Assembly: GCF_030144855.1 (NCBI RefSeq) | Contig: NC_082725.1 | Location: 20,832,001 to 20,896,000, forward strand | From: Hypanus sabinus | Lineage: Eukaryota | Length of the DNA stretch: 64,000 bases | Direction of reading: 5' to 3' | Shown here: positions 52,705-64,000 of the stretch, piece after piece | Numbering within the stretch: the first letter of the stretch is position 1 | How the letters are laid out: every line of letters begins with the position of its first letter | Position numbers and translations under genes: made by a program | Notes under the pieces: generated by a model | Seen by the model: only the letters and a program-made list of their open reading frames with translations | Databases searched by the model: none | What the model was told of the DNA's origin: nothing

Positions 52705-53412
52705 AGACAGACAGACATACTTTATTGATGCCGAGGGAAATTGGGTTTCGTTACAGCCGCGCCAACCAAGAATAGTGTAGAAATATAGCAATATAAAACC
52801 ATAAATAATTAAATAATAATAAGTTAATCATGCCAAGTGGAAATAAGTCCAGGACCAGCCTATTGGCTCAGGGTGTCTGACACTCCGAGGGAGGAGCTGT
52901 AAAGTTTGATGGCCACAGGCAGGAATGACTTCCTATGATGCTCAGTGTTACATCTCAGTGGAATGAGTTTCTGGCTGAATGTACTCCTGTGCCTAACCAG
53001 TACATTATGGAGTGGATGGGAGTCATTGTTCAAGATGGCATGCAACTTGGACAGCATCCTCTTTTCAGATACCACCGTCAGAGAGTCCAGTTCCATCCCC
53101 ACAACATCACTGGCCTTACGAATGGGTTTGTTGATTCTGTTGGTGTCTGCTACCCTCAGCCTGCTGCCCCAGCACACAACAGCAAACATGATAGCACTGG
53201 CCACCACAGCCTCGTAGAACATCCTCAGCATCGTCCGGCAGATGCTGAAGGACCTCAGTCTCCTCAGGAAATAGAGACGGGTCTGACCCTTCTTGTAGAC
53301 AGCTTCAGTGTTCTTTGACCAGTCCAGTTTATTGTCAATTCGTATCCCCAGGTATTTGTAATCCTCCACCATGTCCACACTGACCCCTTGGATGGAAACA
53401 GGGGTCACCGGT
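52705..53412 (-). mobile_element. Young 5'-truncated Rex1/Babar-like LINE inserted in an older repeat
   Basis: Uninterrupted RT C-terminal ORF (YKYLGIRIDNKLDWSKNT...RLYFLRRLRSF...RKSFLPVAIKLY) with a (TCTG)n tail; the host repeat resumes at about 53415. Confidence 0.85.
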
Positions 53413-55701
53413 ACATATATAACCTTGAGATTCGTTTTCTTGTAGTCAGCCACAAAACAAAGAAACACATTAGAGCTCATTAAAAAAAACCCACACAACA
53501 AGGACTGTTAACCGCAACGTGCAAACAAAAGAACAAGTTGTGCAAACAATAAAACAAAGCGAACAAATACGAACTGCAGAATCCTCTAAAGTTAGTTCAC
53601 AGCCAGGGAGCCGTCAGCGCTGAGGTGAGTGAAGCCAGTACAGGAGCCCGATGGCTGCAGGATAACAACTGCTCTTGAACGTGGCTGCATGGGACCCGAG
53701 ACTCCTGGACATCCCGTCTGACAGTAGCAGCGGGGGGTGGGGGGGGGGGGCAGACCCCCTAAACACCTGATCATTTTCCACTCTCATCCTCAACGATTTT
53801 AATTTTGCTTGATGCTTCAATCAGTGCAGAGAAATGGAACCAGCCATGGGTTCATCTTCCACCAGCAGGCCTTGACGCAATGTCTATACCAAATGATGGC
53901 CATCCTGTTTGTACCTGTATTCTCAAGAGTCTAGTTCGCAGAATCCCCCAGGTTTCACAAAAGCACCCAGGTTGTTTATTCAGTTCAAAAGAACATCCTT
54001 AAAAGGGAAATTACAGGTTGCAGACTGCAGCAATCGCAGTTCAAAAGACAACATATATCTACTAAAGTATCTAGTAGTTTTATGAACTGTCTACAAAACA
54101 TCACCGGTAGTTGCTGGAGCCTTTTTGTCACATTTAGCAACCGGGGTCAAAGAAAACTGACTGATTTTGTCTTAATTTAATGCCAATATCAAGACTAACT
54201 TGCTCTTTTAAATGCTATGGCTAATATTGGCTAATTTAGCACAGATTAAGAATCTATCTGAAACATTCCTCAAACCATTGAGTTATTATTTAGAATATGA
54301 ACAAAAAAAGATAAGAAATACCAAATTGATGCATACTGATCCTTGACAAAAATTGTATCAACATAGATAATTGTGATAAAACAAAAAGGAGGCAAAGAGT
54401 GCAGATGCATTGCAAGAAGAAACCACTGATCAACTTTTCATAACATTCTACTCTTTTACAGTACTTCTATGTTGTCAGGCAGAGCCACAGGAGTGTGACT
54501 TGTGGTGAGCTAGGGGCAGGTTTCTAATACTTCGGCTGATGATAGAAGGTGAAGTTAAGAAAGTTACTGTCCTCTGAAGCCAGCATCATTTTACACATCA
54601 TGAAAATGTTGTCCTTGTATCATCATAGAGCCCTCATTTTTACAAGCTCTCCCGTCAAGTCAAGACTAATCCAGGATAGCAAATTATCATAAAAAGTTAG
54701 CTCTGAGGAATCATAATGTTTGCCAACATGGCAAATAGTATGTTTCAACCTCAGAGAGTGGCTGGTTGAGGATAGAATTAGTGTAAAAGTACACAGTTGG
54801 TGGTAGAGTTGAAAATGATGGCTTTGGGGAAAAAAACTGTCAACAAGGAGAGTGAAAACTCAGAGGCAATGATGTCCGAAGTGGTATTGGAATACTTGAT
54901 TTGGGTAACATTAGAAGACATATGACTACTGATCTCCAATGTTTGAAATCTTTAAGACAAGGTTTATGAACTGTTGGAGAGCAAGCAGAATGTTAGCTCA
55001 GGAAAACAGTTCAAGGAAATGCTTAGTATTGTTTAAAAAAAATGCAGTAGCTTATTATGCTTTTTTTTAAAAAAAGAAAGGGCTAATTATCAAATTTGAC
55101 AGAACAATGAGCTCAATAATTAGTATAGCTACCTATTTTATAACAGACCGGTAAATGGAAGTTATTGTCCTTTACACTGGAACTTTTGATAAAAAAAAAT
55201 CAAAAGTTAGAAGATGAAAAAAGGACATTCAACTAAATTTGTCATTTAGTATGTAGTTTAAGAGGCAAACCATCAGATCAAGACAATGCCATCAATAGTT
55301 TTGGAAAACTATTAGTTTCTTGTATCATAAAAATTATGTGAATGCTGAGAAGCTCCATATCTAACAAGTTCAGCAATTTAATTGTAGAAGTATTTTGGAT
55401 AGATAGTGTGGTCACTATAAAGATTTTGGTTCAATTTATCCCTTTAAAATGAGGCACAAATTAAAAGTGTAAATTTTGATTTCCACACTGGACTTTGTTA
55501 ACCATGCATTTCAACACACAGAGCATGACTATTAGCACAATTTTTTATGCAAAGTTTTGCTGGTGACAAAAATAATGAGAAATGCTAGGAGATGATCTGC
55601 AGTTCCCTGCTATTAGAATTAATTTTGGTACATTGGTGGTTTCGGACCTTAGGCAAATGGAGTACGTGTCAGAAAATTTGTACTCTTGGTTTACTCAGTA
55701 A

Positions 55702-56588
55702 GGCTACATCCACACTAGACTGGATAATTTTGAAAATGCCAGTTTCGAGTAAAATCGATAGGCGTCCACACTGCGTTTTTGGAAATATCTCTATCCACAC
55801 TAAAACGGAGATTTCGGCGAATCTCCTCCTCCTGCGCATGCGCAGGACACATCTACCGAAAACAAGTGACATGTCTGGCGTCGAATCTCGCCGTAAAAGT
55901 GCATGTTTGTGTAGTCACAGACTAGAAAAACTTAAAACGACAGAAAGCTGTTCGCTCGCACGCAGGAGAACTTAAAACTTAAAAAAAAGCGTACGGCGGC
56001 AACCGACAGGGAGTTCAATGACAGATTGACCCGGCTGATGACGAACATTGAAAAACTGACTAACTCTGTTGCATTAATAAAGCACCTTGTTAAATGTATA
56101 AAACATGTCTGCATCAGTGTTATCTTGTGTTTGTATACAATGTTACATTAGGCTGTTACACATCTATTGTCAGAGAAGTACTTGCATAAATAGGTAAACA
56201 ACCTTCATACGAGCAAGGACAGAAAACAGGGCAAAGTGAGTACAGTATACTTATTTATTCAGTAAGTTATGGGTCAAAGTATTTGGTGAGTACACTTCTA
56301 ACTCCTCTGGCTTCAGTTTCTTTGATGTCTGTTCTGAAATTGTTAGGATGCGTTCAAGAAAACAATGAAATAGCGCGCTGCCGTCTGATAGCATTTTCAG
56401 AAGTCTCTGGTTACGGTGTCCACACTGATCTGCCCGAGCAGCGTTTTCAAACATAACCCACCCTGGAAAGCGTTTCTGAAAAACTCTTTTTTCAGGGGAC
56501 GAAAACGGCATTTTAGTGTGGATGGAGTGTAAAAACGAAGAGAAAAAGCTTTGGTTACGGATTTATCCGGCGTAGTGTGGATGTAGCC
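55702..56588. mobile_element. PIF/Harbinger-type non-autonomous DNA transposon
   Basis: Perfect 16-bp TIR GGCTACATCCACACTA / TAGTGTGGATGTAGCC with a 3-bp TAA TSD. Confidence 0.88.
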
Positions 56589-56806
56589 TAAGTCTTACTT
56601 ATATTTAAATTAATTCCTATTGCCTGGAGGAAATTAGTAGCAAAGTAGCAAAGCTACTTAAGCAATTTAATGTGGAAAAAAAAATGTCTGTAATCTGTAA
56701 TAAATGAATGTAAAAGGGATTGCATATCGACATACATATTCGTGTCTGTAAGTATTCAGAACACTACTTCCTTTCATCCTTCAGGGAAACAAAAACCTTG
56801 CATTAC

Positions 56807-56963
56807 CTCGGAGTCCAGCAGTACCCATGTAAGTTTCTTCCTGCTGATACAACTCCTTTTGTTGCTGGGTGAGCGGCAGAATTTGCGAGTGGCTACTGTA
56901 GCTAGAGCAAAATCGAATTACTTGTTCGTAAGCTCCTTTCATAAAATAAATTTCTGCTTTATC
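56807..56963 (-). CDS. ATP2C1: ATP2C1 exon (KGA nucleotide-binding motif)
   Basis: [22 protein letters not shown]...MGTAGLR; 157 nt. Confidence 0.95.
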
Positions 56964-57114
56964 CTATGGGGAAAGAAATGTGAATGAACTGTTATGACAT
57001 TTATTAAATAACTGTAGCAACCTGCTTTACCAACTTGGTTACTTCTTTTAATTATTCCCAAAGGGAATCGACTACCTTTGACATCAGCACAAGTTAAAAA
57101 TTAGATCAAGCCAA

Positions 57115-58030
57115 TTAGAACCATTGAACATTACTGCACAGAAACAGGCTTTCTGGCCCTTCTTGGCTGTGCCAAACCATTTTTCTGCCTAGTCCCACTG
57201 ACCTGCACCTGGACCATATCCCTCCATACAGCTCTCATCCACTTACCTGTCCAAATCTTTCTTAAATGTTAAAAGTGAGCCCGCATTTACCACTTCATCT
57301 GGCAGCTCATTCCACACTCCCACCACTCTCTGTGTGAAGAAGCCCCCCCCAATGTTCCCTTTAAACTTTTCCCCCTTAACCCATGTCCTCTGGTTTTTTT
57401 TCTCCACTAGCCTCAGTGGAAAAAGCCTGCTTGCATTCACTCTATCTATACCCATCATAATTTTATATACCTCTATCAAATCTCCAGGGAATAAAGACCT
57501 AACCTATTCAACCTTTCTCTGTAACTCAGTTTCTCAAGTCCTGGCAATATCCTTGTAAACCTTCTCTGCACTCTTTCAACTTTTTTAATATCCTTCCTGT
57601 AATTCAGTGATCAAAACTGCACACAATACTCCAAATTCGGCCTCACCAATGCCTTTTACAACCTCACCATAACATTCCAACTCTTATACTCAATACTTTG
57701 ATTTATAAAGGCCAATGTACCAAAAGCTCTTTTTACTACCTTATCTACCCGCGACACCACTTTTAGGGAATTTTGTATCTGTATTCCTAGATCACTGTTC
57801 TATTGCACTCCTCAGTGCCCTACCATTTACCTTGTATGTGCTACCTTAGTTTTTCCTTCCAAAGTGCAATACCTCACACTTGTCTGTATTAAACTCCATC
57901 TGCCATTTTTCAGCCCATTTTTCCAGCTGGTCCAAATCCCTCTGCAAGCTTTGAAAACCTTCCTCATTGTCTACTACAGCTCCAATCTTTGTATCAGCAG
58001 CAAATTTGCTGATCCAATTTACCACATTAA
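57115..58030 (-). mobile_element. CR1 LINE 3' fragment
   Basis: WISKFAADTK...WQMEFNTDKCEVLHFG and GFFTQRVVGVWNELP. Confidence 0.88.
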
Positions 58031-58049
58031 ATATATATGAATGAATGTA

Positions 58050-59030
58050 ACTGAGTATTTTAGAAAAGGTGACCAAGAGAACGGACAAGGGCAGGGTAAT
58101 AAACATTGTCTACCTTGAATTTAGCAAGGCTTTTAACAAAGTCCTACTGTTCTGGAAGTTGAGACTGTATTGGATTCAGGGTGAGTTGGAGAATTGTTTT
58201 TCAGTTTGTAGACTTATGATCAGTAGTGTGCCACAGGAATCGGTGTTGGCTCCACTGTTTGTTATTTATATTAACAATCTGGATGGGAATGTACAAGACA
58301 GGATTTGTAAGTTTGCAGACTAACAGCAAAATTCGTGGTGAGGAAGGTTATCAAAGGTTTCAACAGGATTTAGATCAACTGGACAGCAGGCAAAGGAACA
58401 GCAGATGTTATTTAACTCAAACTAGTGTGAAGTGATGCATTCTGGGATGTAAACCAAAGCAAGACATACACAGCGAATGCCAAGGCATCTTGGAGAGTGG
58501 TTGAATATGGAAAGCTGGTAGATGAGGTGGTAAAGAAGGCATTTAATATACTTACGTTCATCAGAATACATGAGTTGGAATGTCATGTTACAGCTGTACA
58601 AGAGATTGGTGAGACTGCACCTGGAATACTGTGTGCAGTTCTACGCATCATAATATGGGATTCAGCCAGATGGGGTGCAGAAATGTTTGCAAGATTGAAA
58701 GGACTGAGTTAACAAGGAGAGATTGGAAAGGCTGGGACTATTTTCCCTGGAGTGGATTTGGACTGATGAGGAATTATAACCAAAATGGGAATCTAATACA
58801 AGAGAATATAGGTTGAAGGTGAGAGGGAAAATAATTAAAGTGGATTTGAAGAGCAAATTTTAAATAGAGATGGTGATTGGGTATAGAGGAAGTGCTAAAG
58901 GTTGGTAGAATTACAATGTCTAAACAACATTTGAACTTGAATATTAAAGGTAAAGAGGAATCTAGGCAAATGGGTCTAGTTCAGTTTGGCCAGCGAGGGC
59001 CGAAAGTCCTGCTTCCATAGTCCACAGCTC
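58050..59030 (+). mobile_element. Older CR1 LINE fragment in the opposite orientation
   Basis: VYLEFSKAFNKV...VPQESVLAPLF...KFAD. Confidence 0.8.
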
Positions 59031-60234
59031 TAATTTGAAACAGTCCTCAGGGATATGAAAGTTACATCCCTAACAAATTAAAAAAAAAATCACACTGACT
59101 CAGACTTCAAGGGTTCTACATTAACTGCAAAAGGCACTAACCTGAAAGAGAAATCATAAAAACTGAACAAGCCTTGCTACTCAATTTTGATTTTAAAATT
59201 TGATCTAAATTGTAATTGTCTTCAAGACCAGTAACAAAAAGAAAGTTTTGACCAATCCAAGAACAGAAAGCTAATCTTTAGCGAAATCTACTGCCCAAGA
59301 AAATTATTCAGTCTTAGTTTTGTCCAAATCTACTTGATTGACAAAATAGTTTTCTATGGACCCAGGTATAAATGACATTCAGCTACATGAGCAGACACTA
59401 ATAGCCAAGTAGATCTCCATTATTTCATTTTTTTTTTTTAAAATGCACACCTTGCTGGATTATCACACAAGCAAATTATTTGATTTACTTCCAAACTTCC
59501 CCAAGTTGGGGAAGAATAGACAATCCTGGTCTGAAGTGAAGATCCAAATCAAATATATTCCTTTCTTTCAAATATGCTCAAAACTCACATCACAATCCAA
59601 TGATACTTTCAGAATTCTTTTCATAGAGAATTATATGGCATTGTCATCTAAATTATGAAATAAACAGCACATCAATGGTGTCCATTAGAGACATTCGGAG
59701 TCCCTTGTTCAAAGCAGAAAAAGCTGGCCATCTCACAACCTACCCATCAACCCTCTCAGACACCTCCTGCCCCATCTGTAGTTGTTTCCTCAGAAACTAC
59801 AAAACTGTTGAGAAACTCAGTCACTCTAGATCTCGACGGTCTGTCTAAGAAGGTGCCAGCGTCAATGAGAAAGGTCTTTGCGACATTCAGAGGCTGTGAA
59901 AGAAGTTATGCAAGTGACAATCCTAGAACATCTGCAGAAACAAATTGCAAACTACAGTATTAGAATAAATACTACTGTATGTGATTATTAAAATTTTTGA
60001 AGTGTAAGAGCAATAATTTTTTTGTGGAGGGGACAAAGCAAGATTGATAGCTACACAAATTATACATCCTAAAATCATGTGATCGATGCAGAAAGTTGAT
60101 CTATAAAACAGAGCAAGCAACACACATATCTGCAGAATCCCGTGTTTATGACATAGTAATAATGTCTCCGTGTTCAGAAGGCTGATCCTTTAATCCAGAG
60201 GGCATTCAAATTATTAAACCAGAATATACCTAAC

Positions 60235-60339
60235 CTGCTGAGTTCTGTGCACACACTTAACAGCCATCCACTTCTGCTCAGAGGTAAATGGATATTCAGC
60301 TCGCCTTATATAATCCTGCTGGAGACTATCTAGTCCCAT
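60235..60339 (-). CDS. ATP2C1: ATP2C1 exon
   Basis: [35 protein letters not shown]; 105 nt. Confidence 0.95.
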
Positions 60340-61049
60340 CTTGGTTGGGGAGGGAGTAGAGAGTAAAAGGGGAAACAGAACATTAATCACTTGGAAGCTT
60401 TTCTCAAGGTGTATAACAATGTTTTCCCATATATGCTAGTGAACTTGCATTACAATGGACAGACAGTTTTAAATGAACAAGTTATTAATATTAGCATAAT
60501 GACAAGGAGTACCAAAGAGCTACTAAATCAAATTCACAGATAAATTAAAATATTTGGCATAAAAATAAACCATATTTTTAAGCATTTTCATTGAGAAGTT
60601 ATGCTTATTTGTCAGGTCATAAAGGATTAAATCTTGAAATTCAGCAGCGAAAGCAGCAATTCTGTTCATGCTTAAAATGGCTCTTTAACAGAAATTATAA
60701 TTGCCAGGAGTCCAGTTAAAAATTTCTGCTTCAGGAATTTATCCAAGTTTCTTCTGTATATCACAAGTGAATACACTTCCAGCATCCTTTTGATTGACAA
60801 TGTCAGATAAAAGAGAGATCAATTGTTTCTTTTGGCAATCGCTTAAATGTGTTTCATCGCATTTCTATAAATGTTTGTATTTGACATAGCTGATCTATCA
60901 AAGCCAGAGGATTAAACTAAAATCTCTGTTTGCAACTGTCTGAGTAGTCACTATAATTGTGCACAGTTTCATTACAAAGCAAGATTGTGTCCTGGTCATT
61001 TCCACATACCCCACAAGTGAATAGCCAAACTAAACTCATCATCAAAGCA

Positions 61050-61770
61050 TACAACATCCAAAGCAATCTTTATTTCCAATCTACTCTAATTCCATTTTCC
61101 CATAATAGGTCCATATCTTTTTATGCCTTGGCTAATGAGTGCCTCTTAAACACAATTACAGCTGATTTCACCTCCTTCTTCAGTGCTAATTCCAGATATT
61201 AGCCACTGTGAAAATAAAATTTCCCCTCAAATTACCTTTAAAACTCCTTCCCCCTATATTAATCCATACCCTGTTGTTTTGATACTCTTACCATAGCAAA
61301 AAGATTCTCAATATCCAATTTATTTATGCCCTTTCAAATTCAATCTCGTTTAAGTCACCCCTTAGCTTCCTGCATTTGAGGGAAAAGAAATCCAGTCTAT
61401 CTGTACTCTCCTTATAACTGGAGTCCTTCAATCTAGGCAACATCTGTGTGAATTCCCTCTGTACTCTTTCCAGCTCAATCACAGTGTGTACTAAGTGGCA
61501 CACAATACTCCAAGAGCAGTCTAACCAATGTTTTATAGCGTTGTAATATAACATCCCACTTTTATATTTTTACCTTGTCTTTGGGGACAAGCATGGAAGC
61601 AAGCACTTTCTTCACTGCCCTATACACTTGTATTCTCATGTTCAGGAAACTATAGAAGCTATAATACCTGGTTAATAAGAGTTAATGAGCATCGACTATA
61701 CATGTTCTACACCTATCTGACTTCCTTAAATGCATCATGTTGCACTTGTTGGGATACTTTCCATTGGTAA
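61050..61770 (-). mobile_element. Old CR1 LINE 3' fragment
   Basis: LERVQREFTQMLPRL...FFSLKCRKLRGDL (61324-61554). Confidence 0.7.
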
Positions 61771-62315
61771 ACTCTCCATCCACAACTGCACAACACCAGC
61801 TGTTAGTCAGAATGAAACATCATAAAATAAAGCTACTAGGATCATAGGTTAATGGGTTTTAAAAATTCTATACCAGTCAGGTTTCATCTCATTAAATTTG
61901 TGTATGGGCTTTATAACTTTTAAAAAATCAAGTTCTACTGAAACTTGACAAACTATTTTTGATGTTTTCAGTGAACCAGCCTCCTCCTAACCCAAATAGC
62001 ATAACCACTATCCTCTTATCAAGATAATATACAATTTCCAAAGTTCACATAGTCTGGTCATAAAAATAAATTGAGCTTGCCTATTTCTCGGAAACAGCAC
62101 TTAAGAGTTCAAAAATCCTTCACTGGAATTTCTGGGACAAAAAGATTAATCATTTCAGCGATATTTCCTAAATATTTTATGTCAAACCAGAATACAGCAT
62201 TCTAGGCATACCTTCATTGAAACATGTTAAAAGTTAAGGAAATGTATCATTATCCAGTAACAATGCATGAACTTTGTCTACAAATATTGAGCCAGATGAT
62301 TTCTCACATATTCAC

Positions 62316-62405
62316 CTTCATTGCCAGTGCAATCAAAGCTCCCTCAGTAGGTTGCCCCATTAATGCATCATTTCGAATAACAGCATCATTACATACACAG
62401 CCAGC
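62316..62405 (-). CDS. ATP2C1: ATP2C1 exon
   Basis: [30 protein letters not shown]; 90 nt. Confidence 0.95.
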
Positions 62406-62544
62406 CTAGATAAATATAAAAAGGTGCAGATGTAATCATGTGGCAAGTATTTTCACAATAAAATAAATGGAAAATTAATTTAAAACTGTCTAATGATACA
62501 AATTATGCAGGTTATTTGTTTTACAGATGCATCAACAACCATAC

Positions 62545-62640
62545 CTCCACAATTCTGCTTATCGGTGACTTGGAAAAGCCATGAATTATTTCACCATCCA
62601 TTACTACTTCTCCATTCCTATTGTAGCCAACACCAGTAAT
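62545..62640 (-). CDS. ATP2C1: ATP2C1 exon (most upstream in the window; the gene continues beyond 64000)
   Basis: ITGVGYNRNGEVVMDGEIIHGFSKSPISRIVE; 96 nt. Confidence 0.93.
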
Positions 62641-62706
62641 CTGCATGATAAACAGAACAATGTCCAAAGTAAATTTATTTTCCAAGTACATATATATCAC
62701 CATATA

Positions 62707-63400
62707 TAGTGGATTCCAGTTAATTGATACACATTAGGACCAGAGTACATTTTGGCCCAGTTAAGAGACTGCTCAAGACCCTGTTTCACAGAAATAGTTA
62801 AAAGGTATAAAATGACAAACTACTATTTAACTGAGCAACAAATTAAGTATTTCAATTCAGAACAAATTAGAAACATCTGCTAGATTCCCACCCAATCATC
62901 CTTGCTATCCACAATGCCACCAATTAGACAGAATGAAATATCATTAATATTACTACCATACAATAATATTGTATTTGTTCTTAATAGTTATCACTAGAAT
63001 AACGGACTGGCACCGTACATATAATACTTTCAATAATTGCATCCTCCAAATCATCACTTTCATTCTAACATTCAAGACGATTGTCAATACCTTCAAATTC
63101 TTCGTAGTTGCTAACATACTGAAGTAGTGAAATTGTTTCATTTTCACTCCCTGCCATTTCTGGAATCTCCAAACCTCAATACACAAATACATGCAACTGA
63201 CACTATTTAAAAATTGTTTTCTCTAAGCACAGTGTAGTGCCACAACAAGTATATATGACTGACACCAGTTAGAAACTATTCAGCAACAGTTTCTTGTCCC
63301 AAATAAAAGAGGGGAATCCTGGCTATTTTCTCAATTAGTTTTTGTCCCAAGTAAGCAGATGCCCTAATTAACTGATGGCTCAATTAACCAGAGTCCACTG
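62707..63400. mobile_element. Tigger/pogo-like non-autonomous element
   Basis: TA|tagtggattccagttaattg...caattaaccagagtccactg|TA imperfect TIRs. Confidence 0.75.
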
Positions 63401-64000
63401 TACTACACCCAAATTGCTGGAGCTCAGCAGGTCAGGCAACATCTGTGGAACAGAGTAAACAGTTGACATTCCAAGCCAAAACCTGCATCAGGATGGACTA
63501 CCCTGGGATTCATTTTCTTGCACATTCACAGCAGAACAAATAAATACAAAAGAATCAGTGAAAAACTACACACAAAGACTGGTAAACAATCCGTGTAAAA
63601 TAAGACTAACTATGCAAATACAAAAATTATATACATAAAAAAATAATACTGAGAATGGTGTGAACTTCAACTCATGGTTAAAAAGAAAATGGATTAAAGA
63701 AAATAAAACAAAATCAAACAGATTAAGGGGTTAATGGGTAGGAGGGTAGGAGAATTGGACTGAAATAAAAGATAAGCTATGATTAAAGAGTAGTGCAGAT
63801 CGAATGTGCTGAATGGCTTATGATATTACTGTACATCAGAAAGTGCAAGCTTTAAAAAATCTCATAAAATGCTGCAAGAGAAACAAGAACAATGAATGTT
63901 AGAGACAGGGCACTGTAAATTAGCTTAAGTTACAGATCCTCCGTCTTGAAGGACTCTGTTTAGAATTCAACTCCAAAAACTGCACCATTCACTTTAAGTG

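Noticed and set aside
52860-53501. 213-aa ORF as a host gene
   Set aside because: It is the RT C-terminus of a truncated LINE, extended by chance into a neighbouring repeat.
57115-59030. Head-to-head CR1 pieces as a twin-priming inversion
   Set aside because: The two pieces overlap in RT coordinates, each has its own 3' end, and they differ in decay; two independent insertions explain it.

Overview
This is AT-rich, repeat-dense vertebrate genomic DNA. The repeat families (CR1/HER1-like LINEs, V-SINE, Penelope, Tc1, hAT) suggest a cartilaginous fish, probably a ray or skate (inference). Three genes can be read. (1) ASTE1 on +: a probable non-coding exon 1 ending at 6414, then coding exons 13032-14381, 18598-18805, 19616-19811 and 24511-24712. 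(2) An intact, intronless, very GC-rich HSCB (Fe-S co-chaperone) ORF at 8323-9111 on +, lying inside the predicted ASTE1 intron 1. (3) The last 14 coding exons of ATP2C1/SPCA1 on - (62640 down to 38118), convergent with ASTE1. A CpG-containing, apparently bidirectional promoter at about 5850-6420 probably also drives a - strand gene leaving the window to the left (NEK11 by synteny only). The most unusual item is a nested HSCB/ASTE1 unit: the HSCB retrogene has its own splice acceptor and a donor just upstream of its ATG, so it may share the ASTE1 promoter and exon 1, and it is followed by a near-perfect 128-bp inverted duplication. Other notable items are an apparent 1-nt frameshift removing the conserved ASTE1 C-terminal tail, a ~5.5-kb antisense L1 in the ASTE1 3' UTR with a ~140-bp target-site duplication, a Leu-to-Trp change in a conserved ATP2C1 motif, and Penelope termini with decayed hammerhead-ribozyme motifs. 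All calls were made by eye, with no searches run.
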